A DNA stretch of 60,146 nucleotides, filler included, from Platydemus manokwari (taxonomy: Eukaryota): the NCBI GenBank assembly GCA_037951405.1. It is 5 parts of 5 records of this genome, joined end to end, with 100 filler letters (N's around TTAATTAATTAA, not from the genome) between each part and the next. Parts side by side here need not be neighbours in the genome. Positions count along the whole stretch, not along the records: positions 20,093 to 29,926 come from JBBMOY011199098.1; positions 30,027 to 49,249 come from JBBMOY010033346.1; 3 more parts are not named here. The stretch is one strand, 5' to 3'. The notes below the pieces were generated by a model. That model saw nothing but the letters and a program-made list of their open reading frames with translations. It did no database searches and was not told the origin of the DNA. Position 1 is the stretch's first letter. The number at the start of each line of letters is the position of its first letter. Below, piece after piece: positions 23,801 through 35,287 of this stretch. The translations under genes were made by a program, and so were the position numbers.

Positions 23801-26800
23801 AGAATAAAAGCTAAACTTTCTGTTCGCAAAATTATTTATAAAGAAGTTTGATATCATTTTTTGTCTCAAAAGAAAGAACTTTTTTTTTATAAAAGAAATT
23901 CTAAAGTTGATAGAAAAGATGAAATTAGGTTATAATTAACGATCGAGAGTGGGAGAGAGGGGAGAAAGAGAGCGAGCATTTAATTCTTAATCTCCAATAT
24001 CTTGAATTAGAGGGAGAAAGGAGGAAAGGGAGAGAGAGAGCGAGCAATGATATTTGTTAGATATCCAATATTCTCATTTATTTCTTGATCTCCAATATCT
24101 TGAATTAGAGGGAAAAAGGAGGAAAGGGAGAGAGAGAGCGAGCAATAATATTTGTTAGATATCCAATATTCTCATTTATTTCTTGATCTCCAATATCTTG
24201 AATTTAAACAATTTGTTACAAATTTATGTTGAATATCTTGTGAACCACCAAATGTCTATCTCATATTTAACATTCAGTTCAATTATTTTTGATAAATGTG
24301 ATTTGCATTTCTTTGATGTGATAGGTATTAAATATTTATATAATTTGGAGAGATAAATTTGATATATGTATACATATCAAATCTTTATTACACAATCATT
24401 AACACACAACCGCTCTAATGAACAAAATTTATAATAGCTAACTATTGCTACGCCTGTGGTCGTTTCGATAATTTCGACAGATTATATGAAAACATATAAA
24501 AACATGGATCTATGATAGAATTTACTGAACATTGCATCCAATATTATTTGAAACGCAATTATTTAGAGCATTGTAAGTGAAAATATTATAATATATATTG
24601 CTCGGAAATCAAATTTTCCCGGATCCTCTTTTACCTCTCTTAAATTTTGTTGGCATTAATTCATTCTTACCTTTGTAATATCAAACCGAATGATATTTTT
24701 GTATATTACCGAAATAAATAAAATTTTTTTCAATATCCGCTGCTTACATTGTTTGAATCGCCTTTATTTGATATGGTTATTTATTTAATCAAAAGATTAT
24801 ATAGGTTTGTATTTTTGTAATTTTTGTGATTTTCCTTTCTTAATAATTAAAACAAACTTACTATATCAAATTGTAAAAGATTAAATTTTCCTTTGCAACA
24901 ATGGGTTTTTTATTTTCCAAGACTTTGATCTACCAAAGCGATTTAGATGAAAGGTTTTTTTTATCAACTTTGTTTTAATCTTATTGAAAAATCTAAAATT
25001 TTTTATATTTTCTTTGGAATTACTATTGTGATTTCAAATATTAGGTTGGTGCATAAATTCGTGCGGTTTTATTTGTTTCAACTTTGTTGCGGTGACTTTG
25101 ATGAAGATTGTTTGAACCAATTAATTGGAAAAGTTCAAAAGCTTGGATCATGAGTACCTCCAATTCTCAAAGAAAGTCACAAAAATAATTGTGTTTCAAT
25201 TTCTGCATCTTTACTCGTTCGTCATCAATCTGCTGTGAAGCAACATCAATCTTTCCTTTCCAGGATCGTAACAGGTGATGAGAAATGTAAATTTGAAACA
25301 CAAAAAAGCTTGGGTAAGTCTTCAAAAGCAAATACAACCACTTGCAAAACCCGAAGTTAACCAAACGGAAAATCTTGTGCGTTAAGTGGGACTAAATTGG
25401 TGTTATTCATTACAAAATCTTGTCTAGGAACAAAACAATCAATGCCGAATTTTATTGTGAGCAACTCAGTCTAGTAAATACTGCAATCAAAGCGAAGAGA
25501 ACCATTAAAAAGCAAATAATTTTACAGCATGACAATGCTCGGCCTCATGTCGTCACAATGACAAAGTTGGCTATTGAAGAACTTACCCCTAACAGATTTC
25601 CATCTTTTCCGCTTCATATCGAACCATCTTTCTGGTCTCACATTTGAAAACGATGATGTAATAACAACGTAGATTGAATAATTTTTCGACCAAAAATCAT
25701 CAAACTTCTTCAAACGTGGGATTGACAAACTACTAGAATAGTGGAAGGAAGTGATGTTAAAAAACAAAAATAGGAACAACTTCCTAATGTAGAAGGTTAT
25801 TGATTAAAATTAGTAGTTAGAAATGCATGCCAACTAGAGGAAGAGAATTTTACTGTGAGCAAAGTTCGGTATAAATAGGGCAATTAATAGTTGATTGTCA
25901 CAGTTAACAGCTAGCAGAAAAATTTGCAGAGTCAGTTCGAAGTAATTAAAGAAGCAACTAACAGAAGTAACAAAAACCAATATCGCCAGTTCCCAGAAGA
26001 GAAATGTTATTAATTGAAAAGGAATATTATCAAACCAGAAGTGATCAAATATTTCAGGAAGCAGGCATGTTATTGTTTTTTGTTGATTATTATTATTTCA
26101 GTGGAATATTCGACGAAATAGTTTGCCACGATATTTGAAGAAAATAGTAGAAGTATATAGTTGGATATCCGAGGACGTTGTGCTCGAAAATCGGTGAAAC
26201 GTTTAGTATAGTGGTGCATCTGTAACTGTTTGTTGCGGACGCTTGTATCGTAGTATAAGCCAGAAGTAGCTCCTCGGCCGGTAGCACAATATTGTCTGGG
26301 GACAAGTTCCGTGATTTACTGAGTTGAATATAAGGGTTGACCCTTGATTGAAATTTCTATTGTGAACTGAATAAGTTTGTACAAAATTCTTAAATTTATC
26401 TTAGTGTTCAAATACTATCTTGTTGGAGTCAAATAGATAAAATCTAGCGAGTATTGTCGTACGCTATTGCAGGTAGACCCAATACATCTAGTACTAACAC
26501 AATTCAGCAAATGTAGTGAAGATATGTTTAGTTTGAATACACCAATAAATGAATTTTGGAATTGCTGATTAGAGGTTCAATCTGATACTGGTGAGTGGAA
26601 AATGCTGTGAAACCACTCAATGTTTCATTTGGAAAAGCCCCATAACTATTTTGCTATATAAAACATAAACTCAAGCTTGTCATACTTTTATATAATAATT
26701 TTTTATTGTTGAAAAATGATTGATTTTCTGGAAATAATAATAATTTTTTTTGTAGTTTAAATATGAAAATAGTATTTGTAACGTGAGAAAAAAAGTGGCA

Positions 26801-29372
26801 TTAGACGCACTCTATGATAATCTATTGTTTTGCGACGACGGCACCGAAAAACAGTACGACAAAGAGATTGATTTCAAATTAAAATTCGAAAATTATCTGA
26901 AGAAAAAAAGTTTGAATTTTATTTGTTATTTGTTATTTTTTATTACTATTTATCGTTTAAATTTCATTAAAATTCGTGCCAACAATAAATCATTTGTTTT
27001 AATAATCAGGAATTATTTTTGGACTTATTGATTTGTGATTATGTTATCATCGGTAGAATTTTGAACCAAAAAACCAAACGAAAACAGCCATATTTTTCGC
27101 AATACTTGGCATTTCTGTTGAATAGCCGTGTTAATATTTCCTTCATTTACCGGATTCACCCGGCACAACTTTTTAATAGATTAGAACAGCGTAAAATACC
27201 AAAATTGTCTCTCATTTTTGTAAAAAAAGAATGACTTCTATGTAATAAACATTTTGACTTCACACCCTCCATGAATAGTTGGAAAGAGTCTTGTTGGTTA
27301 TTTATCGAAAGTATCTTCCACGATTTTCAGGGATTCAACAGTCTTGATTTTTGTATTAAAACGTTAGAAATAAGCTAACATATTTAACGAATTAATTCTG
27401 TTTATTGTTTTGTTTTAAAATAATATATTTAATTTGCCATTTTCGCAGCCGATGGATTTCTTGTTCAAATCTTATTCGAAGGAGGACGAAGAGCTATTAG
27501 AAATGCATTCAATTCATTGAAAGATAAAGTACCGTTAGTCGTTATCAAAGGGTCTGGTCGAGCTGCTAATATGATATCGGCAATAATTGAGTTACCACAG
27601 AAAAAGTAATTTTTAACGATTTGTTTCTTTTAATTCTTAATTTATGATTGACAGTTTGAAAGAAAGCATCACTTATATTTTGAATGAATATAAAGAACAT
27701 TTGGACATACCAGAAGATGACAATGTTGAAGATGAGATTAATTATTTGTTCTCTATATATACTGAGTTTAAGAAGCTGGTAAAATCAATAAATGAGAAAT
27801 AAATGAGAAATTGATTAATATGTTAGGTTGTCATTTATGATATGATGGATACCAATATTCGATTCGATAAAAAAATTTTGGAGGCTATGATAATAGGTTT
27901 ATATTTATCCTTTAATTATGTTTTGATTCAAACAAAAATATATTTATTTAAATTATTAAATTTTTGGATAATTAATGTTTGATGTGTTTTTTTATTTTTG
28001 TAGATTTTTATTGATTTTTATTGATTTTTAAAATTTTTTTTATTTATTTATCATGAAACATATTAAAATTTAAAATCATATAGTTCCATGAAAAACTGCG
28101 ATTGATAATTGGTTGAAGAGATGAAATAATAAAAAAAATAATTCATAGCCGCAACAAATTTAGTGGTATTCTAGTCGATTAAGAATATTTTGTAAAATAT
28201 TACCGTACTTGTTTTTTTTTATAATATTATATCTACTATATAGTGTGGTTCATTATATCGAATGTATCTGGCGCGGCAAACAGAGTGATATTTGTAAATA
28301 ATCAAGGAATAATTACGCCTTTATATAATAAAATTGGATATAATTATATCATAAATCTATTCAGCCGAAATGTATGTGTTTGAGTAAAAGATAAACCGTA
28401 CTGATTGTGAGGACTATTAACAATTAATTGTTGAAGAATTTTTAAAAAAGGTTTAAAATGATTTAAAAGATCTTAAACTGATTTAAAACGTATTTATATC
28501 TTAATATTTAACATTATTCTGATCAAGAGGAAAGTTATTTGTTTAAATGATATGTTTTTTCGAAATACATTCTATGGGATTGCTTAAATACTAATTTCAA
28601 TAATTTGACAGATAAAGCAATCACTAACACAAATATTATCTTTTCCAATGTGTGCCAGAATTTTTGAGATTTATTTGAATACATAATCAGGTCTCGTGTC
28701 TTTTCAGTTCGTTTTTAATGTGTGGTTTTTTAAAATAGTTGCAGCTCACAACGATAATAGATAATTGAACCGTATTTGTGACTTTGATAGTTACAAATTT
28801 ATTTTCGAATATTTCACGACATATGGGGATTATTTTAAAGAACTCAGTTTATCTTTAAGTGATTTGTCAAATTATCTCTCAAATTATCTATCCATTTAAA
28901 CAAATAATATTTATATTTGTGAATAATTAATTTTTGTTATCGATTTTGGTTTGCGCTTGTACAACAATATCTTTTAGAATTTATACCGAAGATTTAATTG
29001 CTTTTCTTTTGGATTTTTTTCCTTTATTGATTTGAATTTCATTAGATTTCATTTTCCAACAGGTGCCGATAAAAGCTTGGAAAAAACATTGAAACTATGT
29101 ATGCGATTCAATTGTCCAACAATAGCCGATACGTTTGTATTTGCCGATTCCAAATATGCCAATGTTAGTATTGCTAGAATATTGATGATATTAAATAATT
29201 ATTGTTTAAATGAATTAATTTATATCTGTACCAGATGGATCCGAAAAATATCGAAACAATGTTCATGAACTCATTGAAAGAAAATAAACACGGATTTGTC
29301 AATTTGTTTTTGGAAAATAATTTTGATATTGAAAAATTTGTCGACGAGAATAGGCTTAGAGAATTATATAAG
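20899..29372 (+). CDS. TRPM-family cation channel, internal N-terminal (MHR/SLOG) exons: 20899-21065, 26756-26909, 27449-27605, 27655-27778, 27827-27896, 29063-29163, 29235-29372; both ends missing
   Basis: Phase-consistent exons give TWVLGSGFNVGIHKLVSETI...VSLIGITTWGVV; NLLFCDDGTEKQYDKEIDFKLKFE; VQILFEGGRRAI...VPLVVIKGSGRAANMI; FDKKILEAMI; LKLCMRFNCPTIA; MNSLKENKHGFVNLFLENNFDIEKFVDENRLRELY. These are collinear with TRPM melastatin-homology regions. Confidence 0.88.
23991..24203. repeat. Tandem repeat, 98-bp unit, ~2.2 near-identical copies with a GA-rich core
   Basis: tctccaatatcttgaatt recurs at 23991, 24089 and 24187. A degenerate GA-rich partial copy lies at about 23945-23980. Confidence 0.92.
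25041..25770 (+). mobile_element. Internally deleted mariner (cecropia/Hsmar1-like TIR) in a TRPM intron
   Basis: TA followed by TIR TTAGGTTGGTGCATAAATTCGTGCGGTTTT. Transposase fragments DFDEDCLNQLI, RIVTGDEK, TINAEFYCEQL, ILQHDNARPHV, DFHLF, FFKRGIDKL. Stops and frameshifts present; right TIR not found. Confidence 0.9.
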
Positions 29373-29856
29373 GTGAATCAATATATTTAATAAATGAAAA
29401 ATATTGTCAATTTTGTTTTAATTCTATTTCATAATATTTATATCATTGTATCCTTGTCATTGGATTAAAGGCAGACCTTTTCTAATATTTAACGCATTTG
29501 TTGCTCTTACAAATAATTGGTCATTTTGTTTTCACTTGAAATTGTTATTCCATTCTTTGTTATCAGCTAAGTGTTTTCATTTCTCTATTGGCATACATAA
29601 TTGAATCCAGTTCACATAACCCCACTTAACATACAAAAATAATCATTTTTTAATAGGTCAATGGTCTACATTCAAATTATAATGAGAAGTCATCTTTATA
29701 ACCAAATTATCAAAACATCAACAAAACATGAAAATAAATCCAAAATACATGAAAATTTTATTTTAAATTATATATTTTAAAAATTAATAGAGTATGAATC
29801 ATTCTTAAATAAGATTATAAAAAATAATAAAAACAAGAACGACAATACCCGAATTA

Positions 29857-29859
<3 letters not shown>

Positions 29860-29926
<67 letters not shown>
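29860..29926. repeat. (ATT)n microsatellite at contig end
   Basis: Perfect ATT run up to the gap. Confidence 0.95.
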
Positions 29927-30026
29927 NNNNNNNNNNNNNNNNNNNNNNNNNNNNNNNNNNNNNNNNNNNNTTAATTAATTAANNNNNNNNNNNNNNNNNN
30001 NNNNNNNNNNNNNNNNNNNNNNNNNN
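29927..30026. other. Artificial contig spacer
   Basis: 44N-TTAATTAATTAA-44N. Confidence 0.97.
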
Positions 30027-30365
30027 ATACTGGGTTGTTCACAAAGATACTTTTATAAATCCACATGGATGCTTACTACTTTTAAAAATATAACTCATAG
30101 ATATTTATTGTTCATTTTATGTTCTCATGAATACAGACTGGTTTAGTTAAGGCATCAACATAAAGAGAAAGTATAATTGAGCCTACTGAAGGGGTACTTT
30201 TACTTAACGATGGATAATAGAGATGTAAGATTCTGCGTATTCGGTAATAACAAAGACTCGTTGTCTTAATTTGTCATTACGTTTTCTGTTAATTGAACTA
30301 TTTGACTTCAAACATGTTGTACTTATAACCTATATGTATATAGCTTATTGATTATACTTAAATAG

Positions 30366-30367
<2 letters not shown>

Positions 30368-30408
<41 letters not shown>
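30368..30408. repeat. (AAT)n microsatellite
   Basis: Perfect AAT run. Confidence 0.93.
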
Positions 30409-30410
<2 letters not shown>

Positions 30411-32917
30411 GAGATAACACTCTAAAACACAATAAAATGCATACAAGTAATGTCAATTTAAAACAGCCAATAAGATGAAATTCTTTGTTTTAACTGTTAA
30501 GTATTACATGCTTGATACATATACGAAACAACAAAATCTGCCTTTTGATAAGGACTGCAGTATCTGGGAAAAGACCCTGAGAAGATATTGATTAAACTAT
30601 TACTGATGTTGATAAGAGGAGGAGCTGCTTGCAAATTTCAAGGTTGAACCATGATGCATAACCATTATACCAGTCATTACAATAGTGTTCAGTGAATATT
30701 GGATTCTACAGCAAAAATTTGTTTCAGATAATTGTTAAACAAATTTTTTGATTCTGTATTTTAACTGGTTCTTAAGGGACTTCAATAACGGGTATGAAGA
30801 CCTCGCTATTGGCAAATTAAAGATTAGTATTATCTAAAGGTTTAAATCAGTTGATTACTTAGTCCTTCTTGATGATACTCAATACTGATCTCGAAAGCTG
30901 TAATATTAAATTGGTTAATCACCCCAATTAACTGGTTTACAATAATTCTGTTTGAATTATTATGTTTAAGTTATTACGTGAGTTAATTTTTATGAGTTAG
31001 TTGACTTCCTTTTAATTCTAACTCGAATAAGCACAATATGTGTTTCAATAAATATCTTTTTAAGAAACAAAACGTAACACAGTTGAAGAATTTGAAGAAA
31101 AAAATTGATGCAAATAGCCGCACGTTGCCTCAGCAAGTAGCCAGCAGAGCCCGAAGCGGACGGAGGAAAAATATGCAAATAGTTTGCTGGCAAAAAGAAA
31201 AAATTAAATGTTATTCATATAATTTATCAATTATGGTTAATAACGAAAATAGATATTAAATAATTTACAGTTAATAACATGTTGAACATGACTATTACTT
31301 AAATGAAGGTGATAATACGAAATCAGATATCGAATGAAATGTCCCCTTTTTATGAATGATCCTCTTAATGGTTGACTCGAATGAATGTCTATTCAAACTC
31401 TCCTATCGATTCAAATTTTTGACTGATATAATAATCCGCTTTAATGTATAATTCCTACGTGATATTGTCATTATTCGTTGTTGTTGTGGTTTTGTTTGTG
31501 GCTGTTTGTTGTGTTATTGTGGTGATCGGCTCTGTTTTCAGCTCGATATTTATACCTCGTGGTGCCGGCTTCCGCCTTCTATTTTTGGTATCATTGTTAC
31601 CGTCGACTATTAATTTACATTTTGTCGACATTCCATGAATATTTGTCTGATATTATATAATGCAATTTTATTAATATATTTTATTACTTATTTATTATGA
31701 CTTATTATGTAAAAATTTTTATTCTTTATTTCTTTGTAAATATTATATTCGTTATTTATTCCTGTTATTTATATCTGTTTTATTCTTATTTATAATTTTC
31801 CAAACTCTCCTCCCCACTTTCTTTCTCACACGAATTAATAACTATTTATAAAAATCAACATCATAAAATTTTATAAATATTATTAGGTTCTGTTTTCGAC
31901 TAAATTGCTGCGTTATTTTGTATTATTTTATGCGTGCTACTTATGCATATTTTTATGTACATTATGTATGTTGATGGTTAGCATTGGGTGGGGATCCCAA
32001 AATAATTTTGAAGATCTTATTTTTAAACTCTTGAACATCTTTAACAATTATATGTTCTTTAAAATTGAACAGTGTATCGTTTAATAGTTATTTGATGTAT
32101 GGTGGTTTTGATTTTTAATTCTAATTTGTGAATATTTGTGAATAAACTGAGATTTTTAAATTACCGTGCTGGAGACAGTAAATATTAATAAGGTTATAAA
32201 TAGAATGTAGTAAAATATCATACAATGAAAACGGTTTTATAATGTAATTATAATATAATTACAGTATATTAGAAAACAAATACAAAGACTAGCATTTATA
32301 TAAAAGAAATATAATAAAATCATGTCATACGGAGAGCAAAATAAATAAAATATCAGTGGTTGATAAATCATGGCAATAAAAATAATCAGCCAAAATTAAT
32401 GACTGTCGGCAGTAAAAATCAGAAATAGATAACAAATCATTCAAGTAGATAACATCGAGGAATATTTGTGGAAATAATTGGTAGTATGAATTTTCCATTT
32501 TTCGGACGAAAAAACGAGCGAGAAGTTTCACGTGAAATTCGATTGAGAAACAATTCTGTAAATTCTTGATTTTCACAGTAGAAAAAATCAGTTTCGAGAA
32601 AGTAACAAAAGTTAAAACATATATTCATCGAGTCCGATCGTACACAGGTTGGACCTTCTAAATAAATTACTCACCACTTTTGGGACATTACATTTTAATG
32701 ATTTGATCTTTAGGAAATATTTATAAATTCCTATAGAGTTTTATAATTTAGGCTCAAAATCGAAAGTCCAATGTGTAAAATCCAGTAAAGAGTCAGCCGT
32801 TATTATTTGGACAATTTTATTCAACGAAAATATGTGCGAGGATTGACCAATCTCGCACGTTTGCATATTATTTAGTGTGCTTTGCTATGGTTTTGAGCAC
32901 ACTGCTACATTTGTTCC

Positions 32918-32972
32918 TATATATATATATATATCAATATATCAATATATATATATATATATATATATCAAT
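32918..32972. repeat. (AT)n microsatellite with CA interruptions
   Basis: tatatata...caatatatcaatata... Confidence 0.9.
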
Positions 32973-35287
32973 ATTTACACAATTGTACTAAATTTGGTAT
33001 CAATCCAAAAATATAGCCGACAAACATTACTACATTAAAGCAGTCTATTTTTAGCATTATCGCAGTTACTAAAATTAGATTATTCCTATTTTTTTAAAAA
33101 TTTTGGGCCGTTTTTGGGTGAAAAATATTTTTGTGTTTTTTTAAGAAAATCATTTATTTTATTTCAGGAAATTTTTTAATGTTTATTTTGTGTAAAAATT
33201 TTAATAATTTTGTAACAAAAATTAATAATATATTTTATTATTTTTCGTGTTTATCTAGTCTCGAATGGTTCCACACACATCGTCAACGGAAGCAATTCCG
33301 TGGTAATGAGATACCAGGTAATAAATCATAACGCTATTATATTTTAACAGAATATGATAAACTCATTGAAACCAATTGGACTGTTCAGTGCCAGGTTATT
33401 AAATTCATCAGTTTGCATGTTTGTGGAAAAGTATTGTACTTGTTGATATCAGTAAAGCGTTGTGTGGTTTCTCTTATAAATCTTTAGAGAACAAAAGAAA
33501 AATAATTTTGCTACTTTTTCGAAACTCTTGTTTTATCTAACTTTCATTTTTTGTTAGCCTAGTATTTTATTTTTCTCTTCACAATGTCTTAGAAATGTTC
33601 TAATGTGTTTTTAATTTAATTTCTACTTTGTTTCGCTTTAATTACTTATTCTAAGTATTTGTTATTTATTTACGTACTAATCAGTCCGTACGTAAGATGA
33701 CTCTCAACTCACAAACATACTTCATAATCAATAATAAACAATGACATTAAGTTTGGATTCCAAATGGCAGCTGGACATCTTTATATCAGTATTTATAATT
33801 GAGATCTGTGTGTAATTTTTGTATCACGTTTGATCTTTTATTTCACGAGTTCTAATATGATTTATTGATTTTGTATTCTTGGAATTTGTCAATTCTAATT
33901 CGTGTGTTACTGTCTGACTATGTTCATTTTTCGACTTAGATTTTTTCATTTAAGTCTTCTACAATTGGTTGGTTGCTATGGTGGTGTGGTTATGCAAGTA
34001 TACAAATGCTTAAAGACCCAAAATAAGGATTCGAAGGGTCAAAATCGTTTTTCTTTTTCAAAATTTTGTCTCTACACAACTGTGATAAAGGTTCATATTA
34101 TTATAGCAAATGATTATTAAACTAATTTATTATTCGCTATTCAAAAAATTCCGACCAATTGAATGATTTGCTGTTATTAGCATATTGCTAAACAGTTCAT
34201 CTAAAAACGCAAATTTGGATAAAAAATATATTAATTTTAACAAAAATAGCTTTAATAAAAATAAAATGTGCTGAAATGAGGGTGTGGTTACCAATTATGC
34301 AACATCTCTTTTATCCACGAGTGCACAGTAGACGTGTTCAGGAATTCATAGCAACATGAATGTTTACTCTCTGAGTTCATTCCAGAAATGCTGTTTCTTT
34401 TAACTGAATAGTGTTGCACAATTTCTCTCATTCTAAATCCAAATGAGGATCAATTATCTTTTGTACAAACAACAGACTACATGACAATGTGATTGCATAA
34501 CTTCACTATATTGCCAGACAGTGGATCTGTTGATATCAGGACATGGATCTGTTGATGATTTCATAAGTTGCACTGGGTGTTTTGCTGTATGGTTGTTGGA
34601 GGTTTGTTTTTAGTGGTTTTTATCAATCTATTTCCACTTTTTAAATACTCACATTTCATGCGTGGGCGGAATGCCAATTATTTATTTTAAATAATAATTA
34701 TTTTCACATTCCATGTTGTATTTTGATTGCTTATATTTTCCATTAGTCTTAAAATATTTTTAAAGATAAATAACCAAATAAACTATATAGATTTTTAAAA
34801 TGCACTCAACAAATTAAATTTTTTGTTTTAGCAATATATCTATCTAACAAGGGTTTAGAATTTAAAGTCTAAAAAAATGTGAAGTCAACATAAAAAGTCT
34901 CCATCTCACCTATAAGTTAAATTGAGATTAATAAACGAAGACAAAATCAAACAATAGTAAATATAATGAATTTTTGTTGAACAATGGTTTTAAATTATCT
35001 CATTTAAGTCGAGGTGCCAAACTCAATCAAACATTTGATTGTATGCACATTTGCTATAATTTGAAATATATTTGTGTATCTCGTTATATTAAGCTTTATA
35101 AATTTTCTTTATTAGCATGTCTGTTGAGGGATTAACTCATTACGAACGAAATCTTACGGCACTGTTTAGAATGTCAATCGAATTAAAAATAAAGCACGGA
35201 AACACGTTATTTCAAAAATAACTGATCAGCCAATCATATTCAACCACACGAAAATCCAATCAATAATTAACAATCAACAATGTTTAT

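Noticed and set aside
30865-30900. CTTGATGA...CGAAA hammerhead-like motif
   Set aside because: No stem II pairing and no flanking stems.
33259-33394. Two apparent in-phase micro-exons (LEWFHTHRQRKQFRGNEIP/EYDKLIETNWTVQCQ)
   Set aside because: The implied 33-nt intron is shorter than others here, there is no homology, and it is not a TRPM continuation.
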